DNA from: a virus
Taxonomy: Duplodnaviria > Caudoviricetes
Reading direction: 5' to 3' (one strand)
IMG/VR virus record: IMGVR_UViG_3300020003_000002
Location: 1-51,133 of that record
DNA length: 51,133 nt
Both the position numbers and the translations under genes were made by a program. Shown piece by piece: positions 27,349 through 36,475 of this stretch. Numbering within the stretch: position 1 is the stretch's first letter; every line of letters begins with the position of its first letter. The notes beneath the pieces are model-generated. The model did no database searches. It was given only the letters and a program-made list of their open reading frames with translations, and had not been told where the DNA came from.

Positions 27349-28519
27349 GGTTGGCCGCCCGTCGGGTCGGGTCGCTTAGGCGGGCAATCTCCCGGTCGAG
27401 TTCGTCCTCTTCCACTTCGCCGTCGCCGGCGTAACCCGACGCCGCGACCGGGATCATGTTGCGCTGCATGCTGGAGATCGCTTCGCGGGCGCCCTCCGGG
27501 TCCAACTTCCAGTTGTGCGTCCAGTAGTCCTTACGGGCTGGGGCGAACTTGCCGTCCTTAATGGCCTGGATGATGATCTGATCCGCCTCGTCGTCACGCC
27601 GACGCTGCGCATCGGCCTCAAGACGCTTGATGCGCTCCTGGTTCTCTTCCCAGGCCGACGCCTCAACCCTGATCATGCTGTCGGCGAACTTCTCGGGCCT
27701 GCGCGCAGACGCCGCTACGGGCACGGCTTCGGGTGCCGTCTCGGGCGTCTCGGCCTTCGGGACGAAGCCGGCCTTCGCAAGAGCGGCCATCACCTCGTCA
27801 TCTGTGAGGTCGTCGAGACCGACAGCCTCTCGGAACTTTGCCGGATCCATGCCGGTCTCCGTTTCTGTGGGTGGGACAACCGCCTCGTCGGCGGGGTCTG
27901 GGGTGGGCGTAGGCCCGGGGATGAACGCCTCGACCGGATCGGGCTCGATGGTCAGAACGGGTTCGATCACTCCGCCCTGCGCCCGAGCGGGAACCTGCGG
28001 CGGAGTGGCCGGGTCGTCCTCGGGCGCAGAGGCAAACAGCGGGGTCGCCGACGACGCGGCCAAAGCGTTCTGCAGATCGGCCAGGGACTTGATGTTGCGT
28101 ACGGCGGGCGGCACCGCACCCAGGAACGCCAGCGCCGACAAGGTCAGCGAGTATTCGCGGCCGTCGTGCTCGACGTTCTGCCAGCCCTGCACGCTGCGGT
28201 TCGGCCAGCGCGACGGAGCCGACGCAGCCAGCCAGCCGGGCATGCCGACGATGTCTCCGAGCAGGACCGGGCCGCGGTCGTCCTCGAGGTAGCGGATGTT
28301 CGTCACCGACCCGAACGTCGGCTCGCCGTCGTTGAAGCGACTGTCCTTGTGGCCGAGTCTGATCGGCACCGCCTGGCCGCCGGACGCGGTGTAGAAGTCG
28401 GCCGCGTCGCGCAGCATCTCGGCGGTGAAGTTGCCGTCGCCAACCGTCACCGACCACGCACCGGGGCGGGCGAGCTCCACGCCGAGCATCTGGGCTGGGG
28501 CTGTCAGGGCGCGCGTCAT
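27341..28519 (-). CDS. Prohead protease-scaffold fusion (Mu gpI-like)
   Basis: IRLGH, WPNRS, LAFLGAVPPAV; C-terminal AIKDGKFAPA scaffold. Confidence 0.85.
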   Translation of the reverse strand: MTRALTAPAQMLGVELARPGAWSVTVGDGNFTAEMLRDAADFYTASGGQAVPIRLGHKDSRFNDGEPTFGSVTNIRYLEDDRGPVLLGDIVGMPGWLAASAPSRWPNRSVQGWQNVEHDGREYSLTLSALAFLGAVPPAVRNIKSLADLQNALAASSATPLFASAPEDDPATPPQVPARAQGGVIEPVLTIEPDPVEAFIPGPTPTPDPADEAVVPPTETETGMDPAKFREAVGLDDLTDDEVMAALAKAGFVPKAETPETAPEAVPVAASARRPEKFADSMIRVEASAWEENQERIKRLEADAQRRRDDEADQIIIQAIKDGKFAPARKDYWTHNWKLDPEGAREAISSMQRNMIPVAASGYAGDGEVEEDELDREIARLSDPTRRAANRG

Positions 28520-28569
28520 CAGCCCACCTACCTCTCGGGTACGTGGGCTGGCGCCCTAGATTGACGAAG

Positions 28570-29367
28570 TTAGAAGAGTCGGCCGGGAAGTGGTGGCTTA
28601 CCCGTAACGGCCAGCGCGACGTGGTAAGACCAGTCCTCCTGGCGGGTCCGCGCATTCTTCGAGAAGTTGCAGAACAGATGAGCCAGCGCCACGTTCGTCC
28701 AGACGTGCCCGGGGCAACCGGGCTCGTTGAACGGAATGATGTGGTCGAGGCTCGCCATCATGGGAGCGCGACCGGCGAGGGTCTTGTCGACGGGAAGCCT
28801 GCACAGATGACAAACCCAGCCGTCGCGCTCGAAGACCGCCCAGCGGGAGAATTGTTCAGCGGGTAGCGACTCCATGCGGGCTCGTCGGACGACTTGATTC
28901 GCCATCGCGGTGCAACTGTTGGTGCAATGGCGCTTGTTGTAGCGCGCCTCATTCGGGATCGGCTTGCCGCAGTACTCGCAGGCCCGGTTGGCGAAGTACT
29001 CGGCGCTGCCCGGAAACATGCGCTCACGCCGTTCGCACCGCTCACCGCAGTACCGACGTCCAGCCTTAACATCCACCAGCGCGGCCCCACAATGAGCGCA
29101 GGCCACGTGTCGAATATAGGGGGCGACGACGCCCCTCCGGCGACGCTTGGTCGCCGCCGACGCGCACAGCGGCGAGCAGTGCAACTGGTGGCGGTTACGG
29201 TCAGGCGGAAGCGGCACGCTGCAGACTTGGCAGTCCGCGGCGCCATACGGGACGCCCGGGTGCTTCCGGTTCCACATGTAGCACCGGTTGCAACAAGTGA
29301 CCTGCTTCTGTGGGTACCGCGGCGTGAATTGCCCATGGCAAACCACGCACACCTTAGGCTGGTGCAC
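28570..29367 (-). CDS. Free-standing HNH endonuclease with Zn-ribbon repeats
   Basis: VFERDGWVCHLC...SLDHIIP...GHVWTNVALAHLFCNFSK. Confidence 0.9.
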   Translation of the reverse strand: MHQPKVCVVCHGQFTPRYPQKQVTCCNRCYMWNRKHPGVPYGAADCQVCSVPLPPDRNRHQLHCSPLCASAATKRRRRGVVAPYIRHVACAHCGAALVDVKAGRRYCGERCERRERMFPGSAEYFANRACEYCGKPIPNEARYNKRHCTNSCTAMANQVVRRARMESLPAEQFSRWAVFERDGWVCHLCRLPVDKTLAGRAPMMASLDHIIPFNEPGCPGHVWTNVALAHLFCNFSKNARTRQEDWSYHVALAVTGKPPLPGRLF

Positions 29368-29434
29368 GTTCGACTCCTACTAGTCGGACCATGCCCCGGG
29401 GCGGTTGCATCCGTCGCCGGGGTCCTTACTTCTT

Positions 29435-32400
29435 CTAGCCAGGACCGAGCGGGTTCGACCCCTTACGCTCGCCGGACCAGATGCCGAAGACCTCCCAAAA
29501 CCACTTACTGGCGAAGATCTTCGCTTTATGCACTCCGACATGCTCTGTCAGCAGCGCTACGAGCGTGGTCCAGGGCGTTGGCGAGCCTCGCCAACGCATC
29601 AACCCAGGACCCTTTGTCCAGTAGTGGTGCAGTTCGTCGTTTCCGGGTGTGACGTCGTGCCCGGCGGCGGCGCGAACGCGGCTAGCCTTCTTCACCATCG
29701 CCGCAGTCGGTGCCAGTTCGTCGATCTGCTCCGGTGTGAAGCCCAACGACCGCAGCCGTGCCCGCTTCTGGCGGATGGTGAGACCGGAAAGGTCCGGTAC
29801 AACCCCGTGATACGCAGCGGTGCCGTAAGACGGAGTAGTGTCCACGACCCACTTCGCGACGTCCATATGCTCGGCGAGGCTGTTCCCGGTCATCTTGCCC
29901 GGCGCCACCTTCTTGGCGGCGGCGGGTGTGCCGGTGGCCTTGCGGGGGGCGGCGGGCCGTGGTCGGGGTGAGGGGTCCTCGGCCGGTGGCGGAAGCTCGT
30001 GCGTTGCGGCTTTCGGGCTAGGCTCACGGACGATCAAGGCCGACCGGTTAAACACGAGGACTTCGTCCTCAAGGCTTCCTTCGATGCGCATTGCGTCGAA
30101 GCCGCGAGATGCCACATACCGACCCAGATCGGAGAACACGCGGTGTTCATCACTGTCGGGATCGAGGCCGGCGAGGAAGGTCTTGTGCTCCTCTTTCAAT
30201 TCGCGCCAGTCCGCGACTCGCGCATCGGGGGGGAGCGCCATCCGAATCGGATTCGGCCCGTATCGGCGGGCGGTGTGCAACTGCCGGGACGTGTAGATAC
30301 CACTGCCCCACACCCCAGTAGGCAGGTAGGTGTCACCAGCCCGCAGCCGGTCGGCGAAATCGTCTTCGTTTCCTCCCGCGCTGCCCAGCGCGAACACGCC
30401 TCGATAGAGCGGCAGGTGGCCATCGGCCACCAAGCGGTCAAACTCGGCAACGCTGACTACGCGCGGCGGCCGGTCGAAGCCCTGCCGCTCGGCGATTGCG
30501 AACGCGACCTCATCGCCATGAGGGCCTGCGATCTGGCCATATGAGCCCTCGCTCGTGCGGCGACTGGTTGCTGTCGCTAGCGCCGAACTGGCCACCTCGG
30601 CGGTAGCACCATCGCCGATGAGATCGGAACCGTTGACTCTAGCCGCTACGCCGGGTGTGCCGGTGGCCTTGCGGGGGGTGGCCTTCTTGGCCGGTGCCCG
30701 CTTCGCCGGCGGCTTCCCGCCCCGCTCCTTGCGTGCCCACTGCGCGGCCTCGTCCGGACTGGCCTCCTCGACGACGGCCTTGCTGAGCCGCACCTTCTCG
30801 CCGTCACGGTCGTACTCGTAGCCGGGCCGCACCACGTGCACAACCGCAGACGCCTTCGTGCCGGCGATCATCTGATGCCGCGTCCGGTCGAAAGACTCCA
30901 CCCCGCCGGCCGAGCCAGTCGGGGTCAAGCCGTGGTCCTTCGCAATGTCGGCGCGAACCTTGTCGACCTTGCGGCGATCACCGGTCGCCACCGCGGCGAG
31001 TAGCCGGTCCACCACATCGTCGGGTGCCCCGCCCTGACGCGCAGCCTTCAGCCGGCGCTCCACCACGACCCGATCGGCTTCGCTGTCGAGAAGCTCATCC
31101 ACCTCGGCGAGGGTGTCGGCGACAGTGCGGGCCTTGTCGATCTGAGACTGGCGGTCGGTGGCGTCCTTCTGAAGGCCGCGGTTCTTCTCGGTCCTTGCCC
31201 ACTGCGCCAGCCGTGGCTCGCCGTTGGCCTCAGCCCATTTCTCCATCTCGGCAAGCGAGTCGAAGCGCTGCACCAGCGCGCCGCGTTTGCCGTTCTCGTC
31301 CTCGCGGAACAAGGCCGGGTGGCCGTCCTTGTCGCGGTAGACGGCCACATCCAGGTCGCGGAGGGACTTCGGCAGCGGGCGGGGCGAGGCATCACCGAAC
31401 GAGATTGCGTGCTTGTCCTGGCCGCCAACGTGAATCGCGGCGTCCCGATCCGCCTGGGTGAGTGCCTTCTGGTTTGACTGCGGCACGACAACCGGATCGC
31501 CCGGCCCGTCATAGTCGCCGCGATTCATCCGCGTCAACGCCGCATCAACGTCGCTGCGTGGAAGATCACCCAGCTTGCGGCGAAGATCCGACAGCATCAC
31601 GTGGTCGGTGCCGACCTCGCGGTACGCCGCCCGGATCCGGTTCTCGACCTCGATCTCGCGGATCTTCGCCGCATCCGGCTTACCCTGCAGGGTGAACTTC
31701 GCCGACGGCTTGCCCTGCTCCCGCTTGCCCTTCGTCGCGTCGCGGACGTAGTCGAGAAGCTGCTTCTCGATCTCGTCAGCGGGAGCGCCGCGGCGAACCG
31801 TCAGACCGAGATTCTTCGTCGCCACCGTACGCAGGTTGTCGCGGGTGAAACCCTGGCCCTTCAGCGGCTGATCGCCGCCCTCACCCCGCGACCACTGCTG
31901 CAACGCGTTCATCACCCGGCCGAAGACGGTGCGGAACTCGCCGGTCTTCGGGTTACGGGGGTGCTTGATGTTGAAGTCGGGTCCGGCCTTGGCCTGCACA
32001 ACGCCGGTGAACTCGGCGATAACGGCGGCGAGTGCCTCCGTTACCTCGTCGAATTGCCCCGATTCGTCGTCGTCATAGACGTCAATGTCACCAGCGCTGC
32101 CAGCGCTCAGTGCTTTTGGGCCAGCATCACCGGACGCGTAGACCGCCGACCCCTCGCCATACTCGGCCGACTCGTTCGGCTCGGTTGGGGTACCGAAGCC
32201 CCCGCCATCCGCCGGCTCGCGGACCGTGTCTTTGTCCTTCGGCGGCAGACCGTACTGCTGGCGCGTGGACTGCTCCAACACCTCGTCGGCCTGAATCACG
32301 CCCGCGTCGATCAGCAGCTTGATCGCCTGCGCCGTAGCCGCCTGACGTGAGCCGATCTCGTCGAAGCAGATCCGTGGGGCCGGCTCCTCCGGACCCCAGT

Positions 32401-33448
32401 TGGCGTCCACAAGGTCTTCGACGATGTGCATGCTGGCCGTGCCGGCGATTTGCTGCGCAAGGGTCTGTAGCGACAGCGTGAAGAAATCGGCAAACGTCGT
32501 ACCCAGCGCGTAGGAACCATGCGACTGGGTGTCCAGGTTCAGAAAGTGAGCCAACACAGCACGGGCGATCTGCTCGTCGTGATACTTCACCGCAGGCAAC
32601 GCGTCAGGCAGCTGACCCTCGACGCCCATCAGGCGCAACTTGGCAGTGTTCGGGATCGCCGCGCCCGCCGCCTCACCGGCCCGCAGCGAGGTCGTAAGGG
32701 CCAGGCCTTTCGCCAGATCCTGCTCTTCTTCGGCGGCCTCATAGACCGGGATGCCCATGCCGTTGCGTTCGATCGTCTGGGCCTGGACGCGGAGCAGCCG
32801 GTCCTTGATCAACCAATTTTTGTACGCCTGACGCAGGACGCTGCGCCCGAGCCAGTTGCCGCCCTCTTTCTTGTAGACGTAGGCGACCAGATGGCGGACT
32901 GGGATCGGCTTCTGCGGACCACGCTGATCCATCGTGCCCAGTTGGGTGATCGAGATCAGCCCGCCGTCACGCGCCACGTCGATCTGCTCGATCGTGCGCG
33001 GCATCCGCGGGCTCAGCTTGCCAAGGTGCGCCTCCGTGCCCGCCTTGTTGACCCGGTACACCTGCTCGAAGTACATGTGGCCGAAGGGAAGCATCAGCAA
33101 CGCCAGCTCGAGATGCTCCAACCAGCTGAAGCGGTCCTTCGTCCTCGGCGGCGGCTTCGGATTCTGACCCACGATCGGCAGTCCAAGATCGTCGGCAACG
33201 AACTTGACAACCTCATCCCGCGCACCAGCCGGGTCAAGCCGCCACGGAGTGCGAAGCACCGGACGGGTAACCGCCTCCAACACCGACCCGACCTGGGCGT
33301 CTTGAGTTCTCATGGCGTTGTAGACCTTGACCGACATCGGCCACTGCAGTTCCAGCGTGTCCTCGTCCGGGTCGTGCTGCCACCACGCGTTGGTGGTGCC
33401 GTAGGACGGGGTGACGTAGCCGATCTCTCGGGTGGACGGGGCGGTCAT
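29435..33448 (-). CDS. Portal protein (DUF935/Mu gp29-like) fused to an approximately 900-aa multidomain extension including an ADP-ribosyltransferase-like domain
   Basis: Portal motifs GRSVLRQAY, ERNGMGIP, YHDEQIARAVLAHFL, GSYALG; uninterrupted frame to 29435; GGGGAGG RBS before ATG 33448. Confidence 0.88.
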   Translation of the reverse strand: MTAPSTREIGYVTPSYGTTNAWWQHDPDEDTLELQWPMSVKVYNAMRTQDAQVGSVLEAVTRPVLRTPWRLDPAGARDEVVKFVADDLGLPIVGQNPKPPPRTKDRFSWLEHLELALLMLPFGHMYFEQVYRVNKAGTEAHLGKLSPRMPRTIEQIDVARDGGLISITQLGTMDQRGPQKPIPVRHLVAYVYKKEGGNWLGRSVLRQAYKNWLIKDRLLRVQAQTIERNGMGIPVYEAAEEEQDLAKGLALTTSLRAGEAAGAAIPNTAKLRLMGVEGQLPDALPAVKYHDEQIARAVLAHFLNLDTQSHGSYALGTTFADFFTLSLQTLAQQIAGTASMHIVEDLVDANWGPEEPAPRICFDEIGSRQAATAQAIKLLIDAGVIQADEVLEQSTRQQYGLPPKDKDTVREPADGGGFGTPTEPNESAEYGEGSAVYASGDAGPKALSAGSAGDIDVYDDDESGQFDEVTEALAAVIAEFTGVVQAKAGPDFNIKHPRNPKTGEFRTVFGRVMNALQQWSRGEGGDQPLKGQGFTRDNLRTVATKNLGLTVRRGAPADEIEKQLLDYVRDATKGKREQGKPSAKFTLQGKPDAAKIREIEVENRIRAAYREVGTDHVMLSDLRRKLGDLPRSDVDAALTRMNRGDYDGPGDPVVVPQSNQKALTQADRDAAIHVGGQDKHAISFGDASPRPLPKSLRDLDVAVYRDKDGHPALFREDENGKRGALVQRFDSLAEMEKWAEANGEPRLAQWARTEKNRGLQKDATDRQSQIDKARTVADTLAEVDELLDSEADRVVVERRLKAARQGGAPDDVVDRLLAAVATGDRRKVDKVRADIAKDHGLTPTGSAGGVESFDRTRHQMIAGTKASAVVHVVRPGYEYDRDGEKVRLSKAVVEEASPDEAAQWARKERGGKPPAKRAPAKKATPRKATGTPGVAARVNGSDLIGDGATAEVASSALATATSRRTSEGSYGQIAGPHGDEVAFAIAERQGFDRPPRVVSVAEFDRLVADGHLPLYRGVFALGSAGGNEDDFADRLRAGDTYLPTGVWGSGIYTSRQLHTARRYGPNPIRMALPPDARVADWRELKEEHKTFLAGLDPDSDEHRVFSDLGRYVASRGFDAMRIEGSLEDEVLVFNRSALIVREPSPKAATHELPPPAEDPSPRPRPAAPRKATGTPAAAKKVAPGKMTGNSLAEHMDVAKWVVDTTPSYGTAAYHGVVPDLSGLTIRQKRARLRSLGFTPEQIDELAPTAAMVKKASRVRAAAGHDVTPGNDELHHYWTKGPGLMRWRGSPTPWTTLVALLTEHVGVHKAKIFASKWFWEVFGIWSGERKGSNPLGPG
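29923..30678. repeat. 27-bp perfect direct repeat pair (29923-29949 and 30652-30678)
   Basis: CGGGTGTGCCGGTGGCCTTGCGGGGGG twice, 729 bp apart; encodes PRKATGTP. Confidence 0.95.
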
Positions 33449-33466
33449 CGGCGTACCCTCCCCGGT

Positions 33467-33676
33467 ATGAGTGAAAGCAACGGGCTGCTGCCCGTTTGGA
33501 AATGGGGCCACACACGCGAGGTGGCGTACGAGGACTTCCTCGTTCTCAACCCGATCGCCGTGGCACTAATCGCGCCACTCGCAGACCTCGGCGACGAGCA
33601 CGCCGAGTTGCGTGAGTGGGCTCGGACTAAACTCGCGACTTCGCCGCGCACGTACGTCAAAATCCAGCCGTCATAA
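33467..33676 (+). CDS. Small opposite-strand hypothetical protein (69 aa) between terL and portal
   Basis: Fills the intergenic gap; TACCCT -10 box 7 nt before ATG; protein-like composition. Confidence 0.55.
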   Translation: MSESNGLLPVWKWGHTREVAYEDFLVLNPIAVALIAPLADLGDEHAELREWARTKLATSPRTYVKIQPS

Positions 33677-35321
33677 GGTCGGAGGTGTTTACGTATCGGT
33701 CCTTGGCGTCGAGGTGCGCCACCATCGGCGGCGGGGCGGGGTGGCGCTGCTCCGGCATCGTCATCGCGGCCTCGAGAGCGAGCACCGCACCGATACCAGC
33801 GTCGATCTTGTCCCTATTCGGACCCTTGGTAAACACATACTTGGTCCGGCCGTCGTCCTCTTCGTCCCGGACCCGGACCTTGCGTTTGTGCATGGCCAAC
33901 ACCTGGGCCGTGAGAACCGGCGAGTTGTCGTGGGTGTAGGCGCCCTCGGCCAAAGCGGTGGAAAACCGGTCGCAGGCCCGCCACATGCGAGTCGGCTGGT
34001 TCGTGTCGAACAGAACCACCTGGTCCTCGCCAAACTCCTCGATCCAGAACTCGATCTCCGTCTGCCACTTCGCCGGATCGCACAGCATCAGCCCGACGTT
34101 GTAGTGGGCGAACGCCTCCGTGACCCGCGCCCGGACATCCGCCCGAGGCACCCGCCACGCCTTGTCGGCGTGCACATGGCGCCGGCCGGTGTCTGGGCGC
34201 TGCCACACCTCGACCACGAACGTGTGCGGCTTCCCGTCGACGATCGTGCAGCCAATCAGCGCCGTGCAGTCATCCGAAATCGACCCGTCGAAGCCGAGCC
34301 CGATGTATGCGCCGGCCGGCACCACGATGTCGGTCCGCTTCAGCGTCTCCCACCGGTTCGTCTCGACCGCTTTACGCCGGTCGTCGCGGTTGTGGTTGAA
34401 AAAGAACCGTTCGGCGTCTTCCCACGGCGTTTCCGGGTCCCGGATGTCCTGCACGAGGCGGTGCACGTCGATCCACCACGCGTCGCCGTAGGCCACCTTG
34501 AGCGCGGCCTTCAGCGTCTCGTCGGAGTCCTCGGGCTTGACCTCCGGCGCCTCGACGGCGTCGTAGTAGATGCCCTGTTGGCCCTCCATGACGGCCTTGT
34601 GGGTGCCCTCGGCGACCGAATTCTCGCCCGGGGCGAACGAATTCGTCGTCTCGTAGCTCCGACCGCCCATTTTCGCGACGTTGCGGCGCAGCGTCCGTGC
34701 CAGCCGCACCCCGCCGTTAGTCGGCAGCCAGAGATGTGTCTCGTCCAGCGTCGCGTCGGTGACCGGTTGGCCCTCACGGGACCCGGCCGACGCCGTGACC
34801 GGCTCCAACTTGCCCGGCCGGTCACGCAGGTAACACCTGGTCAGGCCAACATCTATGCGCAGGTCGTCTGCGGCGGCGCCATCATTGGCGGTGAGCAGCT
34901 CATACAGCACCGAATAGGTGTTATCGGTTTGGTCCTCGGAAACAGCCGCGATCTGCACCCACGGGTTCGGGTCGCCTTTGCGACCCCACGGGCGGCCCAC
35001 CGGCTTGCCCGATGCGTCGAACCCGTCCGGTCGGACGTCGCCGGCCAAGGCCGCGATCGCCTTCGCCGCCTCGACTGGGGACTTGCCCCAGCCCTTCGCC
35101 CGGCGCGAGCAGCCACGGCGGTAAACGAACCGCAGCGTCACCGGATCGAATGTGTACCACTCGATCAGGATCCGGGCTTGCTCGTCGGTGAAAATCAGCG
35201 GCTGTGAATGGTCCCGCGGCGACGGCAGGGCATCGGCCCACCAGTCCAGCAGGCCCCCGCCTCGAGGATTCCAGGCCAGCGAGGGAAGCTCACCCTCGAC
35301 GTCAGGCCCGCACCACGGCAC
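33657..35321 (-). CDS. terL: Terminase large subunit
   Basis: Walker A AKGWGKS, Walker B TLDETH, nuclease GFDGS...D and KIDA. Confidence 0.95.
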   Translation of the reverse strand: MPWCGPDVEGELPSLAWNPRGGGLLDWWADALPSPRDHSQPLIFTDEQARILIEWYTFDPVTLRFVYRRGCSRRAKGWGKSPVEAAKAIAALAGDVRPDGFDASGKPVGRPWGRKGDPNPWVQIAAVSEDQTDNTYSVLYELLTANDGAAADDLRIDVGLTRCYLRDRPGKLEPVTASAGSREGQPVTDATLDETHLWLPTNGGVRLARTLRRNVAKMGGRSYETTNSFAPGENSVAEGTHKAVMEGQQGIYYDAVEAPEVKPEDSDETLKAALKVAYGDAWWIDVHRLVQDIRDPETPWEDAERFFFNHNRDDRRKAVETNRWETLKRTDIVVPAGAYIGLGFDGSISDDCTALIGCTIVDGKPHTFVVEVWQRPDTGRRHVHADKAWRVPRADVRARVTEAFAHYNVGLMLCDPAKWQTEIEFWIEEFGEDQVVLFDTNQPTRMWRACDRFSTALAEGAYTHDNSPVLTAQVLAMHKRKVRVRDEEDDGRTKYVFTKGPNRDKIDAGIGAVLALEAAMTMPEQRHPAPPPMVAHLDAKDRYVNTSDLMTAGF

Positions 35322-35324
35322 GGG

Positions 35325-35756
35325 TTACGCCTCCTTGACGGCCCGCAGGTGCCCGTACCGGCTCGCCGGCTTCGCCGCCTCCGGCTCGACCTGCACCGTG
35401 ACCTGCATCCGCAGCCGCAGCCGATCCTCCGGCGTAGCGCCGAACTTCGCCGCCCGCAGCCGCAACTCGCTTGCGAACTCCCACCGGCCCTTCGACCACA
35501 TCGTGTGATGCATGAGGGCAGTGTCGATCAAAAAGTCCCAGTCCGTCGCCGTAAACGTCACCGCCTGGGCGGAACAGCGCCACGTCTGCCACCAGGCCAA
35601 GGTCCGCGAGTGCCACGGCTCACTCAGCGCATCGTCCGGCAGAGCCGGACCCCGGAGCTCGTCGTCAGCGGCGATGGCGGTCGTTTCCGGCACATTCCTG
35701 CCAGGCCGGACACGCTGTGAGCGCTCCTTGCTCGGAGCGGGGCCTCGACCCGCCAT
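35325..35756 (-). CDS. terS: Terminase small subunit
   Basis: MAGRGPAP...ELRLRAAKFGATPEDRLRLR; directly upstream of terL. Confidence 0.9.
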   Translation of the reverse strand: MAGRGPAPSKERSQRVRPGRNVPETTAIAADDELRGPALPDDALSEPWHSRTLAWWQTWRCSAQAVTFTATDWDFLIDTALMHHTMWSKGRWEFASELRLRAAKFGATPEDRLRLRMQVTVQVEPEAAKPASRYGHLRAVKEA

Positions 35757-35758
35757 TT

Positions 35759-36475
35759 TCAAGCCACCTCCTGCGCCCAGAGCGTCACGGGCCCGGAGTA
35801 GTCGCTCCCGTTATTCGGCCTCGCCTTGTTGCACGCGCCGCAGATGATCCGGACATTCCCGATCGTGTGTGTCCCGCCAACCCCTCGCGGGATGATGTGA
35901 TCGAGTTCCTTGCTGTGCGGCAGGTACGGCACGTCGGTCATCTTGACCGAGCACAGCGGACAGCGTTTGGCCTTGGCCCGTAGCGCGATCTCGTACTCGG
36001 GCGTGATGTCCGTGATTCGTGACCAATCCCGGCGGCGATGAGTCTTGATCCGCAGCCGAGCCCGCTCGCGCGCGGGATCCTTGGGGACGTCCCCGATGTA
36101 GTGGCCGTTAGCTCGGTTGTAGTGGGTGCTGCAGAGCCCGCGTTTTCGAGCGGTCCGGGCGCAGTCCGGCTCTGCGCAGACGCGGATCTTGGCAGCATCA
36201 ACGCACACCCGGCACCGCTTGCTTCCCCGGGTGCAGATGGAACCACAGTCCGCACACAAAGACGGCGGCAAAGCTGCCCGCCGGCACTCGAAGCATTTGT
36301 GCTGACCGGGTGGCAAGCAGCCATGCGAGACCGGCAGCATCCGGCCGCAGGTTCCGCCGCACAGCACTCTAGGTCGGTGGTGCTGGTAATAGTGCCGATT
36401 GCACATACCGCGGTGGGTCGCCCTGAGACCGCAGTCAGTCTCGGAGCAGATCTTCAGCGCGTTGCTACTGCCCAT
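35759..36475 (-). CDS. HNH endonuclease with N-terminal Zn repeats
   Basis: CPLC...ELDHIIPRGVGGTHTIGNVRIICGACNKAR. Confidence 0.88.
   Translation of the reverse strand: MGSSNALKICSETDCGLRATHRGMCNRHYYQHHRPRVLCGGTCGRMLPVSHGCLPPGQHKCFECRRAALPPSLCADCGSICTRGSKRCRVCVDAAKIRVCAEPDCARTARKRGLCSTHYNRANGHYIGDVPKDPARERARLRIKTHRRRDWSRITDITPEYEIALRAKAKRCPLCSVKMTDVPYLPHSKELDHIIPRGVGGTHTIGNVRIICGACNKARPNNGSDYSGPVTLWAQEVA

Noticed and set aside
33449-33511. Longer portal start at 33511 from the ORF track
   Set aside because: ATG 33448 has a clear RBS; the extension overlaps the reverse-strand small gene
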